A program made the translations under genes and the position numbers. A stretch of 64,000 bases of DNA from assembly GCF_009914755.1 (NCBI RefSeq), contig NC_060930.1; one strand, written 5' to 3'. The notes below the pieces were generated by a model that worked only from the letters and a program-made list of their open reading frames with translations, did no database searches and was not told where the DNA came from. Every line of letters starts with the position of its first letter. Position 1 is the first letter of the stretch. The DNA is from the human T2T-CHM13v2.0 reference genome, Homo sapiens. Shown one piece after another: positions 27,924-42,773 of this stretch.

Positions 27924-28311
27924 TGTATTGGTCCATTTTTATACTGCTATAAAGGACTGCCCAAGACTGGACAATCTATAAAGGAAAGAGGCTCAATTGA
28001 CTCATAGTTCAGCATGGCTAGGGAAGCCTCAGGACACTTACAATCATGGTAGAAGGTGAAGGGGAAGGAAGGCACCTTCTTCACAAGGCGGCAGGAAGGA
28101 GAAGTGTGAGCAAAGGGGGAATAGTCCTTTATAAAAACCATCAGATCTCGTGAGAACTCACTCACTATCATGAGAACAGCATGGGGGAAACCACTCCTGT
28201 GATTCAATTATATCCACCTGGTCTCTCCCTTGACACATGGGGATTATGGGGATTATACAGATTACAATTCACAATGAGATTTGGGTGGGGACACAAAGCC
28301 TAACTATATCA
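27924..28311 (-). mobile_element. THE1D-like MaLR solo LTR
   Basis: tgtattggtcc...gagatttgggtggggacaca...ctatatca. Confidence 0.9.
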
Positions 28312-28485
28312 GCTTCTTATTAAGGAAAAGGGGCAAAGGAATAGTACTGACTTAATTAAGTTTAAGTACTTGCAAAATAGAAATGATCTTATGGCTTATT
28401 TTATTTATAGCTCATTGAGATAAGATTGACCTCAAAATATAAATAAATAAGAATTATATATATATTTAAAGCACAAAATGAGATG

Positions 28486-28565
28486 ATTATATATATATAT
28501 ATACACACACATACATATATGCACACATATATACATGTACCCATATATACACATACACACACATT
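28486..28565. repeat. (TA)n/(CA)n compound microsatellite
   Basis: Read directly from sequence. Confidence 0.85.
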
Positions 28566-29321
28566 GTGAAATGATTACCACAGTCAACCTAATTAACATA
28601 TCCGTCACCTCATGTGGTTACCCTTTTGTGTGTTTGGGAGAAGTGGGGGGGTGAGAAAATTTAAGATCTGTTCTCTTAGCAACTGTCAATTGTACAATAC
28701 ATTATTATTAATTATAGTGACCATACTGTACATTAGGTCTCCAGAACTTATTAATCTTGTAACTGAAAGCTTGTACTCTCTGCCTGATATCTCCAATCCC
28801 CCAACCCCTGGTAACCACCATTCTACTCACTGTTTCAATGAGTTCAAATTTTTAGATTACACATATAGATGACTTTATGTAGGATTTGTCTTTCTGTGTG
28901 TAGCTGATTTCACTTAGTATAATGTCTTCCAGGTTGACTCAAGTTGTTGCAAATGGCAAGATTTCCTTTTGTAAGGCTGAAAAATATTCCATATATATAT
29001 ATATAACTTTTTTATCCATTTATCAATCAACACTTTGGTTGTTTTAATATTTTGGCTATTGTGATTAATGCTGCAATGAGCCTAGGAGGGCAAATACTTC
29101 TTTTGAGATACTGATTTTGTTTCCTTTGGATATATATCCAGAAGTGGAATTGCTGGATCATATGGCAATTTTTTTTAAATGCTTGAAGAACTGCCATACC
29201 GTTTTCCATAGCAGCTGTTCCATTTTACATTCCCACCAATAATGCACAAAGGTTCCAATTTCTCCACATCCTCACCAACACTTGTTATTTTCTTTGTTTA
29301 CGGTAGTCATTCTAATGGATA

Positions 29322-29753
29322 TGCCAACTCAAAAATATATAGAGATGAATCTCTAAGCAAGAGGTTTTGTTTGGAATATATAAGGAATAGAACTGCAATT
29401 CAGGGCACACACACAGACTAGGGTGGCCTCTGTTATGCTCACAGAACAAAGAAATGGTTAAGGTTTACTGGGGCAAGGGAAGGTTAAACAAATTGTTTTG
29501 AGAGAAAGTTCACTGGTGCTGGCAGCATCTTACAAGAGCTAGTGAGCTCTGATAGGTGAGTTTCAGCAGTTGCCAGGTGGGACTTGCAGTCTTGAAATTA
29601 TGGTTAGGTCCATGCAGATCTGGATTGAGCTTATAAGACATTTTTTTTAAAAAAAACAGGTGTATGTAACCTTAGTGTTTTTCTCATGGCTTCTTGACTC
29701 ATTTTAGTTGGGTATGACATAAATGACTTCATTTTGTATAATCAACTTTCACA
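29322..29753 (-). mobile_element. ERV1-class solo LTR (MER67-like) inserted in L1
   Basis: Non-L1 block with TG...CA ends. The minus strand starts tgtgaaagttgattatacaaaat. 4-bp TSD GATA/GGTA. Confidence 0.7.
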
Positions 29754-32174
29754 GGTATAAGGTGGTATTTCAATGCAGTTTTGATTTGCATTTCCCTAAT
29801 GATTAGTGATGTTGAGCATCTTTTCATGTGCTTACTGTCCATTTGTGTATGTTCTCTGGAGAAATGTCTATTTAAGTTCTTTGCTCATTTCTGAATTGGG
29901 TTATTTTGTTGTTGAGTTTTAGAAGTTCTCTATGCATAATGGAAACTAATACCCTTATCAGATATGTAATTTGCAAATATTTTATCCCATTCTGTGTGTT
30001 GCCTTTTTGTTTTGTTGATACTGTCTTTTGATGCACAAAATTTTTAAATTTTCATAAAGTCCAATTTTGTCTATTTTTCATTTGTTGTTTGTGCCTTTGG
30101 TGTCATATCCAAAAATTAATGCCAAATCCAATGTCATAAAGCTTGTGCTCGTTTTTCTTCTAAGATTTTTATAGTTTTAAGTATTTATTTTATTTTGAGT
30201 TAATTTTGGTGTATGGTATTAGGTTATAAGAGTCCAACTTCATTCTTTTGCATGTAAATATTTAGTTGTCCCAGCGCCATTCATTGAAAAGACTGCTCCT
30301 TTCCCATGGAATGGTCTTAGTATCTTTGTCAAAAATCATTTGACCACATATTCCAGGGTCTATTTCTGGGCTCTCTATTCTATTGTATTGGTCTACATGT
30401 CTATCTTTATGTCAACAGCACACTGTTTTAATTACTGCAGCTTTGTAGTAAGTTTTGCAATCAGAAAATGAGAGTCCTCCATTTTGTTCTTCTCTTTCAA
30501 GATTGTTTTGGCTACTTGGGGTCCTTGAAATTTTATATAAATTTCAGAATAGGCTTTTCTATTTCTGCCAAAAAAAAAAATAACATCATTGCGATTACAT
30601 TGAATCTGCAGACTTCTTTGGGTAGCACTGGCATCTTTAACATTATTAGTCTTCCAATCCAGAAACATGGGATATGTATCTATTTATCTATGTCCTTAAT
30701 TTCTATCAGCAATGTTTTATAGTTTTCAGTGTATAACTCTTTCACCTTCTTGGTTTAGCTAATTCCTAATTGTTTTATTCATTTTTATGCTATTATAAAT
30801 GGGATTGCTTTCATAGTTTCCTTGTCAGATTGTTCAGTTAGTATATAAAAATGCAATGGATTTTTTGTGTGTTCATACTGTATCCTGCTACTTTGTTGAG
30901 TTATTTATTAGTTCTAACAGTGTTTTGGGGGCAGTGGATTGTACATATAAGATCATATCATCTGTGAAGAGTCATAATTTTACTTCTTCCTTTCCAATTT
31001 GGATTTCTTTTATTTCTTTTTTTGCCTAATTGCTCTGGCTACAACTTCCAGTACTATGTCAAATACAAGTAGCAGAAGTGGCATCCTTGTCTTGTTCCTG
31101 GTCATAGAGAAAAGTTTCTAATCTTTAACCATTGAGTATGATGTTAGCTGTGGGCTTGTCATATATGGCCTTTATTATGTTGAAGTACTTTCCTTCTATA
31201 CTCGATTTGTTGACAGTTTTTTATCATGAAAAGATGATAAATTTTTTCAAATGCTCTTTCTGCATCCATTGATATAATCATATAATTTTTGCTTTTCCTT
31301 TTGTTAATGTGGTATATGACATTCTTCATTTGCATAGGTTGGACCACGCTTGCATCCAAGGGATAAATACTACTTGATCATGGTGTATGATCCTTTTAAT
31401 TTGCTGTTGAATACAGGTGCTAGTATTTTTTTTTGTAGAAGCTTTGCATTTATGTTCATCAGGAATATGGACCTGTAGTTTTCTTTTCTTGTAGTTTCCT
31501 TGTCTGACTTTTGTGTCAGGGTAATGCTTTGTAAAATGGGTTTGGAAGTGTTCTCTCTTCAATTTTTTCTAAGAGTTGGAAAAGAATTTGTATTAATTCT
31601 TTAAATGTTCAGTAAAATTCAGAAGGGAAACAGTTCATGGGCTTTTCTTTGATAGGAGACTTTTAATTTGTGATTCAATCTCCTTACTTGTTGGTCTGTT
31701 AAGATTTTCTATTTCTTTATAATTCAGTCTTGGTAGGTTTTATGTTTCTGGAAATTAATGTAGTTTTTCTAGGTTATCTAACTGGTTTTATTTAAATGCA
31801 CATAGTAATCTCTTATGATCCTATGTGTTATCTGTTGTCCTCCTTCACTTCTGATTTATTTGTCTTCTGTCTCTTTTCATCAGTCTACCAGAAGATATAT
31901 CATTTTTCAAGACATAATTTTTTAACTGAAAAACCTTTTTGTTGACTTTTTAAATTGTTTTTCTAGTCTCTATTTCATTTATTTCTGCTTTGAGCTTTAT
32001 TTCCATATGTCTGCCAACTTTGTGCTTCATTTGTTCTTCTTTATCTAGTTCCTTGAGGTGTAAATTTACATTGTTTATTTGAGGTCTTTCTTTATTCTTA
32101 ATGTAGGTGTTTATCACTATATACTTCCCCCTTAGAACTGTGTTTGATGCATTCTGTAAGCTTTGGTATGTTGT

Positions 32175-32572
32175 TGTGTTCGTTCATTTGTGTTGCTATG
32201 AAGGAATACTTGAGACTAGGGAATTTATAAAGAAAAGAGGCTTATTTGGCTCATGGTTCTGCAGGCTGTACATGAAGCATAGTGCCAGTATCTGCTTCTG
32301 GTGAGGGCCTCAGGAGGCTTACAGTCATGGAAGAAGGTGAAGGGGAGCCAGCATGCAACACAGGGAGAGAGAATGCAAGAGAGAAATGGGAGAGGTTCCA
32401 AACTCTTTTTAACAATCAGATATTGCAGTAGTTCATTGCCATAGAAAGGCCCCAAGCCATTCATGGGGGATTTTCCCTCACTATCAAAACACCTCCCAAT
32501 AGGGCCACCTCCAATACTGAAGATCACATTTCAACATGAGATTTTGAGAGGACACACATCCATGCCATATCA
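32175..32572 (-). mobile_element. MSTB-like MaLR solo LTR inserted in L1 ORF2
   Basis: tgtgttgctatgaaggaatacttgagact...ctgcttctggtgagggcctcagg...catatca. Confidence 0.88.
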
Positions 32573-35500
32573 GATATGTTTCCATTTTTACTTGTCTCAA
32601 AATGTAAACAAAGTATTATGTCTTCTTTGGCCCATTGTCATTCAGTAGTATGTTGTTTAATTTCCATATGTTTGTGAATGTTCTAGTTTTCCTCTTGTTA
32701 TTGATTTCTAGTTTCATAACACTGTGGTAAGAAAGGGCACTTGATATGCCTTCAACTTTCTTAAATTTTTTATGGTCTACTATATGACCTATCTTGAAGA
32801 CTGTCATAGCACTAGACATAGGTGCTTGAGAAGAATGTATATGCTGCTGCTGTTGGATGAAATGTTCTGTATATGTCTGTTAGGTCCATTTGGTCTAAAA
32901 TGTAGTTCAAGTCCCATGTTTCCTTATTGATTTTCTGCTTGGATGATCTCTCTATTGTTGAAAGTGGGGTATTTAAGTCCCTTACTATTATTGCATTGAT
33001 ATTTATTTATCCCTTCAGTTCTGTTAATATTTGCTTTGTATATTCAGGTGCTCTGATGTTGGGTACACATATATTTACAATTGTTTTACCCTCTTGATGA
33101 ATTTATCCCTTTATCATTATATAATGACCTTCTTTGTCTTATTTTACAGTTTCTGAATTAACGTCTAGTTTGTCTAATCAGAGCTAACTCTGCTGTCTTT
33201 TGGTTTACATTTACATGGAATATCTTTTTCCATCCCCTTCACTTTCAGCCTATATGTGTCCTCAAGGGAGCATTTTATAGGCAATATATAGCTGGGTATT
33301 GTTTTTGTTTGCTTTTTTTTTTTACCAATTCAGTTATTATGTGACTTTTGACTACATAATTCAATCCATTTACATGCAAAGTAATTAATTATAGGTAAGA
33401 ACTCACTATTGCCATTTTGTAAAAATTTTCTGTTTTGTAGTTCCTTAGTTCTTTTGTTCCTCTCTTGCTATCTTCCTTTCTGATATGATTCGTTTTTGTA
33501 GTGGTATACTTTAATTCATTTCTCTTTATCTCTTGTGTGTCTACTATAGCTTTTAGCTTTGTGGTCACTATGAGTCTTACAGAAAACATACTTATAGCAA
33601 TATATTTTAACCTAATAAAACCAGTACTACACTGTACTGCATACCTATCCAAGGGTGCACTCAATTTAACTTCATTTGCCTATGGAAACTCTACATTTTA
33701 CTTCTCTCCTACCCCCACATGCATTATATGTTTTTGATGTCACAATTTACTGCTTTTTATATTATCTATCTCTTAACAAAATATTGTAGCTATAGTTATT
33801 TTTAATACTTTTGTGTTTAATATTTTTTTCGGGAGTTAAAACATATTTATATAACACCATTATTGGATTATAATATTCTGATTTTGACTATATATTTACC
33901 ATGACCAGTGGGTTTTATACTTTCATGCATTTTTATGTTATTAATTTGTGTCCTTTCATTTAAGCTTGAAGAAGTACCTTTAGCATTTCTTATAAGGCAG
34001 GTATAGTAGTGATGAACTCCTTCAGCTCTGTTTGTCTGGAAATATCTTTATCTCACCTTCATTTTTGAAGGACAGCTTTGCCAGATATATCATTGGTTTT
34101 CAGAATGTTTTTTCTTTCAGTAGTTTGAATATATCATCCCATTCTTTTCTGGCCTGTGAAGTTTCTCCTGAAAAGTCCAAAATAGTTTTATAAAGGTTCT
34201 CTTGTATGTGACAAGTCACTTTTCTCTTGCTGCTTTTAAATTTCTTTGTCTTTGACTTTTGGCAATTTGATTATAAGGTGTCATGGTGAAGTTCTCTTTG
34301 GGTCGAACATGTTTGGAGACATTTGAGTTTCACAGGTGTAAATGTCCATATCTCTCTCAGGGTTCAGGAAAATTTGAGCCATAATTTATTTAAATAAGGT
34401 TTCTTCCCCTTTCTCAATCCTCCTTCTGAGACTTTTATGATGCATACATTGGTTTCATTATTAGTGTCCCTTAAGTCCCATAGGTTTACTTTACTCTTTT
34501 CAATTTTTTTCTCCTTAGTCTGGATAATTTCAAAAGACCTATCTTCAATCTCAGAGATTCTTTCTTCTGCTTGGTTGAGTCTGCTGTTGAAGTTCCCTAT
34601 TGCATTTTTTCAGTTGATTCACTGTATTTTTCAGCTCCAGGATTTATGTTTGCTTTCTTTTGATCTTTCAATCTCTTTGCTTCACTTCCAGTTTTATTCA
34701 TATATTGTTGTTATGATTGATATTATTGAGTTCTCTTGTATCTTGCTGAGCTTCTCTAAAATAATTATTTTTAATTCCTTGTTTAGGAAGCTTACAGATC
34801 TCTAACTCTTTAGGGTTTCGCATTGGAAAATTATAGTGGTCCTTTGGTGATGTCATTTTTCCTTTGTGTATGTGTTTATGACCTTGCAATGATATCTGTG
34901 CATTTGAGGTAGCAGTCATCTCTTCAAGACTGATGGGCTGGATTTGTGGGGAAATACTTTCATTTGTGGGTGAGTGCTATGCTAAGTGAACAGGATGTGG
35001 TGGCATAGTCTGTGCAGTTCCATCAGCTGTAATCAATATTTGACAGGACTGTGGGGGTCCTCAGTGGCCAAGGTTGTAGATGTATTTGAAGGCAGCAGTA
35101 GTGATGAAAGTTTTAGAGGGCCTTAGTGTCAAAGATTGCTGTAGTCCTCCTGCTATTCTTTTTCCTGGGGCCTCCTATGACACTGTGGGGAGTCCTAGCC
35201 AAAGGGATCCTCTTGGTGCTGAGTCTGTCACAAGGGCATGCTGGTAACCACAGTAGCACTGGTTCCAGGGCACAGGCATTTTTGTGGCAGTGGTGGTCCC
35301 AGTATTCAGCACATAGGTGATCAGAGCAACATCAGAGCCAGAGTCCTGGGCTCAGGAGTGTATAGAACATCTATGGCACCTGGAGAACAGGGCCATAATT
35401 CTATAGCAGTGGGTGTCATCAGTGTCTGAGACAGGCATTTGACAGTCTTAACTGATATAACCAAAGTAAATGAAGCTAAGCCCTTTAAAAAAGCACAGGT

Positions 35501-35599
35501 TATTTAGAAAGCAATTAACTTACATGATTAGGAAGTGCTAATACAAGATTTCATGGAGTTCAATAATTCTTGAAAGAAAACTCTTGCTTTTAAGGGAAT

Positions 35600-36160
35600 T
35601 ACATTACTGAGGATACTTTTGGTTGCAAGGAACAGAAAACACACATCAGACTGATTTCTATATTGAAGGAAATGCATTGCTTTATGTATATGAAAAACCT
35701 GTGGCTCATGCTGGCTTCAGGAAGAGATCATTCCAGCAGCTCAGTGATGTTGCCATGGAGTCAGTTTCCTTCTACTGCTCTGTTTTATGTTATCAGCTTC
35801 AGCATAATATTGTCTGCTTTTCTAGTCTCAAAATAGCTGCACCAGTTTCTGGGGTCAAATGTGTCTTTATGAAGATCCTGGAAGGAATGATTATTTTTGA
35901 CCCAGAGGTCTCAATAGAAACCCTAGTAGTTAATTTTCCTGCTTAAAACATCTGCCAATACCTAAACTAATCACTATCGTAAAGGAGAGAGGGGGCAGGG
36001 ACATCATGTGCTGATTGTCTTAGGGAAGTGTTCCATCTCTACAGAGCTGGGAGTGGAATCAGTGCTTCAGAATCCCCATGGATATCCAAGTGAAAATTAA
36101 AACTATTAGAAAGCGAGGAGAAGGAATTAGGTGATGAGGAGATAATAACCTATGGACAAT
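35600..36160 (-). mobile_element. Ancient MLT1-type MaLR LTR
   Basis: ttggttgcaaggaacagaaaac...ggcttcagg...cagcagctcagtgatgt. Confidence 0.55.
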
Positions 36161-37548
36161 ATTGTAAAATAGCAGTTTTAATTCTAGTCCCCTTTTCTTA
36201 GGAATGAAATTTCTTTTGAACATTAGAGATACCTAACTTATTAAAGAGCAGTCATTCAGTTAAGATGAGATGAGAAAGTCCATGGGAGAAAAAAGGGATA
36301 TCCAACCCTAAGTGGCCTTTCTTTCTCTCCATAGATACATATCCTGCCCAGGTATTCTGTGCACAGGATGGGGGCTGGAGATCTATTTTGTAAATAAAGG
36401 AAAAGGGTGTCATCCTGAAATTTTTGCTCAGAAATAAACACAGTTTGTTTTAGAATCACTTTGGTCTAAGTATCAAAAATCACTGTTAATTTTTTTAGGG
36501 AGCCAAGATGGCCAACTAGATACAGCCAGGAAGAAATTCTCCCACTGAAAGAGACTAGACTATCAAGGAGACCAGCATACTCTGAACAAGTCTTTGGAAA
36601 GAAGGCATGGAGAGTGGACACAAAAAGGACACAGACCATAGGCTGAAAGTAGAGAAAGTTGGGAACACTGCAGGGGGTTGCCGAGCACCAGGACTCATTT
36701 CTGGGCCCAAGAGCCTCCTAAAGAAAGGGTAAGTGAAATAGGCATGGAGTGGCTCACCTTCACCAGGGGCTTCTGAGATCCTAGCTATGGGAGATCCCAC
36801 AACTCCCATGACATTTGAGCTGCTAGTGATAATTGCCTGGAGAGTTGGTGGAAACAGAATTCCAGCCTGGAAAGAGCCCAGAGGGTTTGACATGGGAATG
36901 TCTATAGTGGAGCATGGCCATGGACACTCATCCCACAAGGCTCACCATACTCCTTTAGGTGACTTTAGCCTTTGTTAGCTGCTGGACCTGGAGAGAGTGG
37001 GGTTGTCTTGTCCATGCAGTCTGATTTGAGCACACCCCAGTCTGCTGGCCTCTCTCAGGGTCCCTGCCTGGCTGCAACCACATGCAGCCCAGCCTCAATT
37101 GCCCAGCCAAAGTGCTTGTCAATGGCCACCACGAGTTGTTTCACTGGCAGATGCTGCATACCCATTGGAGCACTTTTGCATCTTGCCAGTGTGCACCCAC
37201 CTGCAGCCTTCCCACATTGATGTGCACTCACTCATAGCATCCCCCTGTCCCCACCTCACTGGAATACATGCACACAGGGGCCCACCACTGCCCTGCCAGA
37301 GCACTTTTGCCAGAAGCTCCAGTCAAGTGTTGTTGCCAACAGACTGGAAACACCTCAAACGCTCCAGCACAGCTCGTGCTTTAATCTCAAGGGGCCCCAG
37401 AACAAAGCTGTGGGCCTGCTCCCAGCCCTCCTGGGTTAGAACACCCAGTCCAGGAGTGATGAGCTGAGCCTTGGGCCTCTGAAAATATCCAGATATGAAG
37501 CCAGTCAACTAAATCCAACTTATACCACAGCCAAATCCTCAAGGGCAT

Positions 37549-37977
37549 TGTATTAGTCCATTCTCACGTTGATATAAAGAAATACCTGAGACTGTAATTT
37601 ATGAAGAAAAAAGGTTTAATTGGCTCATGGTTCAGCTGGCTGTTCAGGAAACATAGTGGCTTCTGATTCTGATGGGGTGGATATGGCCGAACTTCAGGAA
37701 GCTTCCAATCATGATGGAAGGCAAAGGGGGAGCAAGCTTCTTACGTGGCAGGAACAGGAGCAAGAAAGAGATGGGGGATGTGCTACACACTTTTAAACAA
37801 CCAGATCTCACAACAACTCAGTCAGTATTATGAGGACAGAGCCAAGAGGGATGGTACTAAATCATTCGTGGAAAACATCTCCATTATCCAATCACCTCCC
37901 ACCAGGACCCGCCTCCAAAACGAAGGATTCCAATTCAATATGAGATTTGGGTGGGGATGTAGATCCAAACCATATCA
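37549..37977 (-). mobile_element. MSTA-like solo LTR inserted in L1 5' UTR
   Basis: TG...CA ends. TSD GGCAT/GGTAT. Confidence 0.9.
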
Positions 37978-40900
37978 GGTATCAAAGAATATAAGAAGCA
38001 AAAAGTCCCATCCAAAAGATTAAAAGAACATCAGCTCACACAGATGAGAAGGAACCAGTGCAAGAATTCTGGCAACTCTGAAAGCCAGAGCATTTTTTAA
38101 CCTCCAAACTACCACATTAGCTCCCCAGCTATAGTTCTCAACCAGCCTGAAATATCTGAAATGACAGATATAGAATTCAGAATCTGGATGGCAAGGAAGC
38201 TCATCAAGATATAGGAGAAGGTTGAAACCCAATCCAAGGAAAACAGTGAAATGGTCCAAGAGTTGAAAGATGTGATAGCCATTTTAACAAAGAACCAAAC
38301 TGAATTTCTGGAAATGAGAAATTCGCCACAGGAATTTCAGAATGCAACTGGAAGCACTGATAACAGAGTAAACCAAGTTGAGGAAAGAATCTCAGGGCTT
38401 GAAGACAGCTCCTTCAAATCAACGCAGGCAGACAACAATAAAGAAAAAATAATTTATAAAAATGAACAAAGTCTTTTAGAAATATGGGATTATGTTAAGA
38501 AACCAAACCTACAACTTATTGGCATTCCTGAAAAAGATGGAGAGAGAACAAGCAACTTGGAAAACATATTTCAGGATATTGTCCACAAAGATTTCCTCAA
38601 CTTCACTAGAGAGGTTGACATGCTCATAAGATTCTCCAAAGTCAATGCAAAAGAAAAAATCTTAGAGCCAGCAATGGAGAAGGGGCAGATCATGTATAAA
38701 GGAATTGCCATCAGGCTAACAATGAAACTTTCAGCAGAAACCTTACATGCCATGAGAGATTGGGGGTGTATATTTAGCATCCTTAAAGCAGAGAAATTCT
38801 AACCAAGGACTTCATAGCCAACAAAACTAAGATTCATAAGCAAAGGAGAAATAAAATCCTTTTCAGACAAGAAAATGTGAACAGAATTCATTACCACTAG
38901 ACCTGCCTTACAAGAGGTCCTTAAGGGACTACCAAACAGAAATCAAAGATCATTATCTGCCGCCACAAAAACACACTTAAGTACATAGCCCACTGACACT
39001 ATAAAGCAACTACACAATCAAGTCTACTTAAGAACCAGTGAACAACACGGTGACAAGATCAAATCTTCACATACTGATATTAACCTTGAATATAAACAGG
39101 CTAAGAACCTCATTTAAAAGGCACAGAGTGGCAAGCTGGATAAAGAAACAAGACCCAACTGTATTCTGTCTTCAAGAGGCCCATTTCACATGCAATGACA
39201 CCCAAAGACTCAAGGTAAGGGGATAGAGAAAGATCTATCAAGCAAACAGAAAATAAAAAAAGAGTAGGGGTTGTTATTCTTACTTCAAACAGAAGAGACT
39301 TTAAACCAACAATGCTCAAAAAGGACAAAGAAGGGTGTTACCTAATGATAAAGGGTTAAATTCAACAAGAAGAGTTAACTTTCCTAAATATGCATGAATC
39401 TAATGCTGAAGCACCCAGATTCATAAAAAAAATTCTTAGAGGCTTATATTGATACTTACATACCACACAATAATAGTGGGAGACTTTAACAACACACTGA
39501 CAGTGTCAGACAAGTCATCAAAGCAGAAAATCTAACAAATATATTCAGAACCTAAATTCAACACTTGACCAAATGGACCAAACAGACATCTACAGAATAC
39601 TCTACCCAACAACAGAATATACATTATCCTCATATGCACATGGCACATACTCTAAGATTGACCACATGCTGGGTCATAAAAGCAATACTCAACAAATTCA
39701 AAAAACCAAAACCATACCAACCACACTCTCAGACCACAGTGCAATAAAAATAGAAATTAATACCAAGAACATCTCTCAAAACCATAAAATTAGATAGAAA
39801 TTAATTGCTCTGCTCCTGAATGACTTTAAAGAATGAAATTAAGGCAGAAATAAAAACAAATACTTGGAAATGAATGAAAACAAATATACAATATACCAGA
39901 ATCTCTGAGACACAGCTAAATCAGTGGTAAGAGGAAAGTTTACAGCACCAAATGCCTACAACAAGAAGTTAGAAAGATCTCAAATTAACAATCTAATATC
40001 ACCTATGGGAACTAGAAAACCAAGCACAAACTAACCCCAAAGCTAACAGAAGAAAATAAATGACCAAAACTGGAGTTGACCAAAACTGAGATGCAAAAAT
40101 CGAGACGCAAAAATCCATACAAAAGATTAAGAAAACCAAAACTTTGTTTTTTGAAAGAATAACTAAGATTCATAGACCACCAGCTAGATAGATTAATAAA
40201 GAAAAAAAAAGAGAAAAGATCCAAATAAACACAATCAGAAATGACAAAGGGGATATTACAACCAATCCCACAGAAATAATTTAAAAAACCCTCAGAGAGT
40301 ATTATGAACACATCTATGCACACAAACTTGGAAACCTAGAATAAATGAATAAGTTCCTGGAAACATGCAGCTTTCGAAGATTTTACCAGGAAGAAACTGA
40401 AATCCTGAACAGACCAATAATGAGTTCTGAAATGGAATCAAAACTCGTTATTATATTATAATCTAACAACCAAAAAAGCCCTGGAATAGAAGGATGCACA
40501 GCTGAATTCTACCAGATACATAAAGAAGAGCTGGTACCAATCTTGAAATTATTGGTACTGAAATTATTCAAAAAAGTCAAGGAGGAAGGACTCCTCCCTA
40601 ACTCATTCTATGAGGACAGCATCACTCTGATACCAAAATCTGGCAGAGACAATGAAAAAAGAAAACTTCAAGCCAATATTGCTGAATAACATACATGCAA
40701 CAATTCTCAACAAAATACTAGCAAATTGATTTCAGCCATATACCAAAAAGCTAATCCACCATACTTTGTATCCCAGGAATAAAGTCTACTTTAGAGTAAA
40801 TAAAACTTACTTTGTTTACTTTATTTACCTTGGATACAAGATTGGTTCAATATAAACAAATCAATCAATGTGATTCATCTCATAAACTAAACTAAAAACA

Positions 40901-42773
40901 AAAAATACATGATCATCTCAATAGATGCAGAAAAGGCCTTCGATAAAATTCCACATTCCTTCATGTTAAAAACCCTCAACAAACTAGGCATAGGAGGAAC
41001 ATACCTCAAAATAATGAGAGCCATCTACAATAAACTCATAACTGACATCATGCTGAATGGGCAAAAATCGGAACCCTTCCCCTTGAAAACCGAAAGAAGA
41101 CAAGAATGCCCAACTCTCATACTCCAATTCAACCTAGTACTAGAAGTCCAAGCCAGAGTAATCAGGCAAGAGAAAGAAATAAAAGGCATCCAAATAGGAA
41201 GAGAATAAATCAAACTATCTCTCTTCACAAACGATATGATTCTATACCTAGAAAACCCTACTGTCTGTCCCAAATCTCCTAAAACTGATAAATAACTTCA
41301 GTAAAGTTTCAGAATACAAAATCAATGTGTAAAAATCAGTGGTATTTCTATACACCAACAACACCCAAGCTGAGAGCCAAATCAAGAATGCACTCCCATT
41401 CACAACAGCCACACACATAAAATACCTAGGAACACAGCTAACCAGGGAGGTAAAATATATTTAAAATAAGAATTAAAAAACACCAAGGAAAGAAATCAGA
41501 TATGACACAAACAAATGGAGAAAGTGTTCCATGCTCATAGATAGGAAGAATCAATATTGTTAAAACGGTCATACTGCACAAGGAATTTAAATATTCAATG
41601 CTATTCCTATCAAACTACCAAAGTCATTTTCCACAGAATTGGAAAAAACTATTCTAAAATCCATATGGAACCAAAAAAGAGCCCAAATTACCAAAATAAT
41701 CCTAAGCAAAAGGACAAAGCTAGACACATCACATTACCTGACTTAAAACTATACTACAAGGCCACAGTAACCCAAACAGCATGATACTGGTACAAAAACA
41801 GACATATGGACCAATGGAACAAATTAGAGAATCCAGGAATAAAGCTGCACACTTAAAAACATCAGATCGGATAAGTAAGCAATAAAAACAAGCAATGGGG
41901 AAAAGATACCCTGTTCAATAAATGGTGCTGGGATAAACTAGCTAGCCATATGCAGAAGATTGAAACTGGACCCCTTCCTTTCACCGTATACAAAAATCAA
42001 CTCAAGATGAATTGAAGACTTAAATGTAAGACCTAAAACTTTAATGGCTGTAAAAGAAAATCAAGGAACTACCATTCTGGACATAGGCCTTGCCAAGGAT
42101 TTCATGATAAAGTCTCCAAAAGCCATTGCAATAAAAACAAAAATAGACAGGTGGGACCTAATTAAACTGAAAAGCTTCTGCACAGTAAGAGAAACTGTCA
42201 ACGGAGTAAACAGACAATCTACAGAATGGGAGAAAATATTTGGCATATGCATCTCACAAAGGTCTAATATCCAGAATCTGTAAGGAACTTAAATCAGCAA
42301 GCAAAACACAACCCCATTTAAAAAAAATGGGCAAATAATATGAACAGACATTTCTCAAAAAAAGAAATACACATGGGAAACAAGTATATAAAAAACTGTT
42401 CAACATTACCAATCGTTAGAGAAATGCAAATGAAAACCACAATGAGATAACGTCTCACATCATTCAGAACGGTTATCATTAAAAAGTCAAAAAATAACAG
42501 ACGTTGGTGAGGTTGAGGAGAAAAGGGAATGCTTATACATTGCTGATGAGAATGTAAAATAGTTCGGTCACTATAAAAAGCAGTTCGGAGATTTCTCAAA
42601 GAACTTAGAACTACCATTCAACCCAGCAATCCCATTATACCCAAAGGAATATAAATGATTATACCAAAAATACACATTCATTCATAGGTTCATTGCAACA
42701 CTATTCACAATAGCAAAGACATGAAATCAACCTAGATGCCCATTAACAGTGGACTGGATTTAAAATAATGTGG

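Larger units (their letters stand above)
28395..35430 (-). mobile_element. Near-full-length degraded LINE-1 (L1MA8/L1MA9-like 3' end), sense to CYP39A1
   Basis: Reverse L1 3' UTR at ~28400-29000, ORF2 remnants on the minus strand (e.g. 31159-31359, 32616-32819), ORF1-like region ~34000-34900, GC-richer 5' region. Confidence 0.88.

Noticed and set aside
38251-38802. 183-aa ORF, the longest in the track
   Set aside because: An L1 ORF1p remnant with upstream stops and an internal deletion. Nothing suggests domestication.
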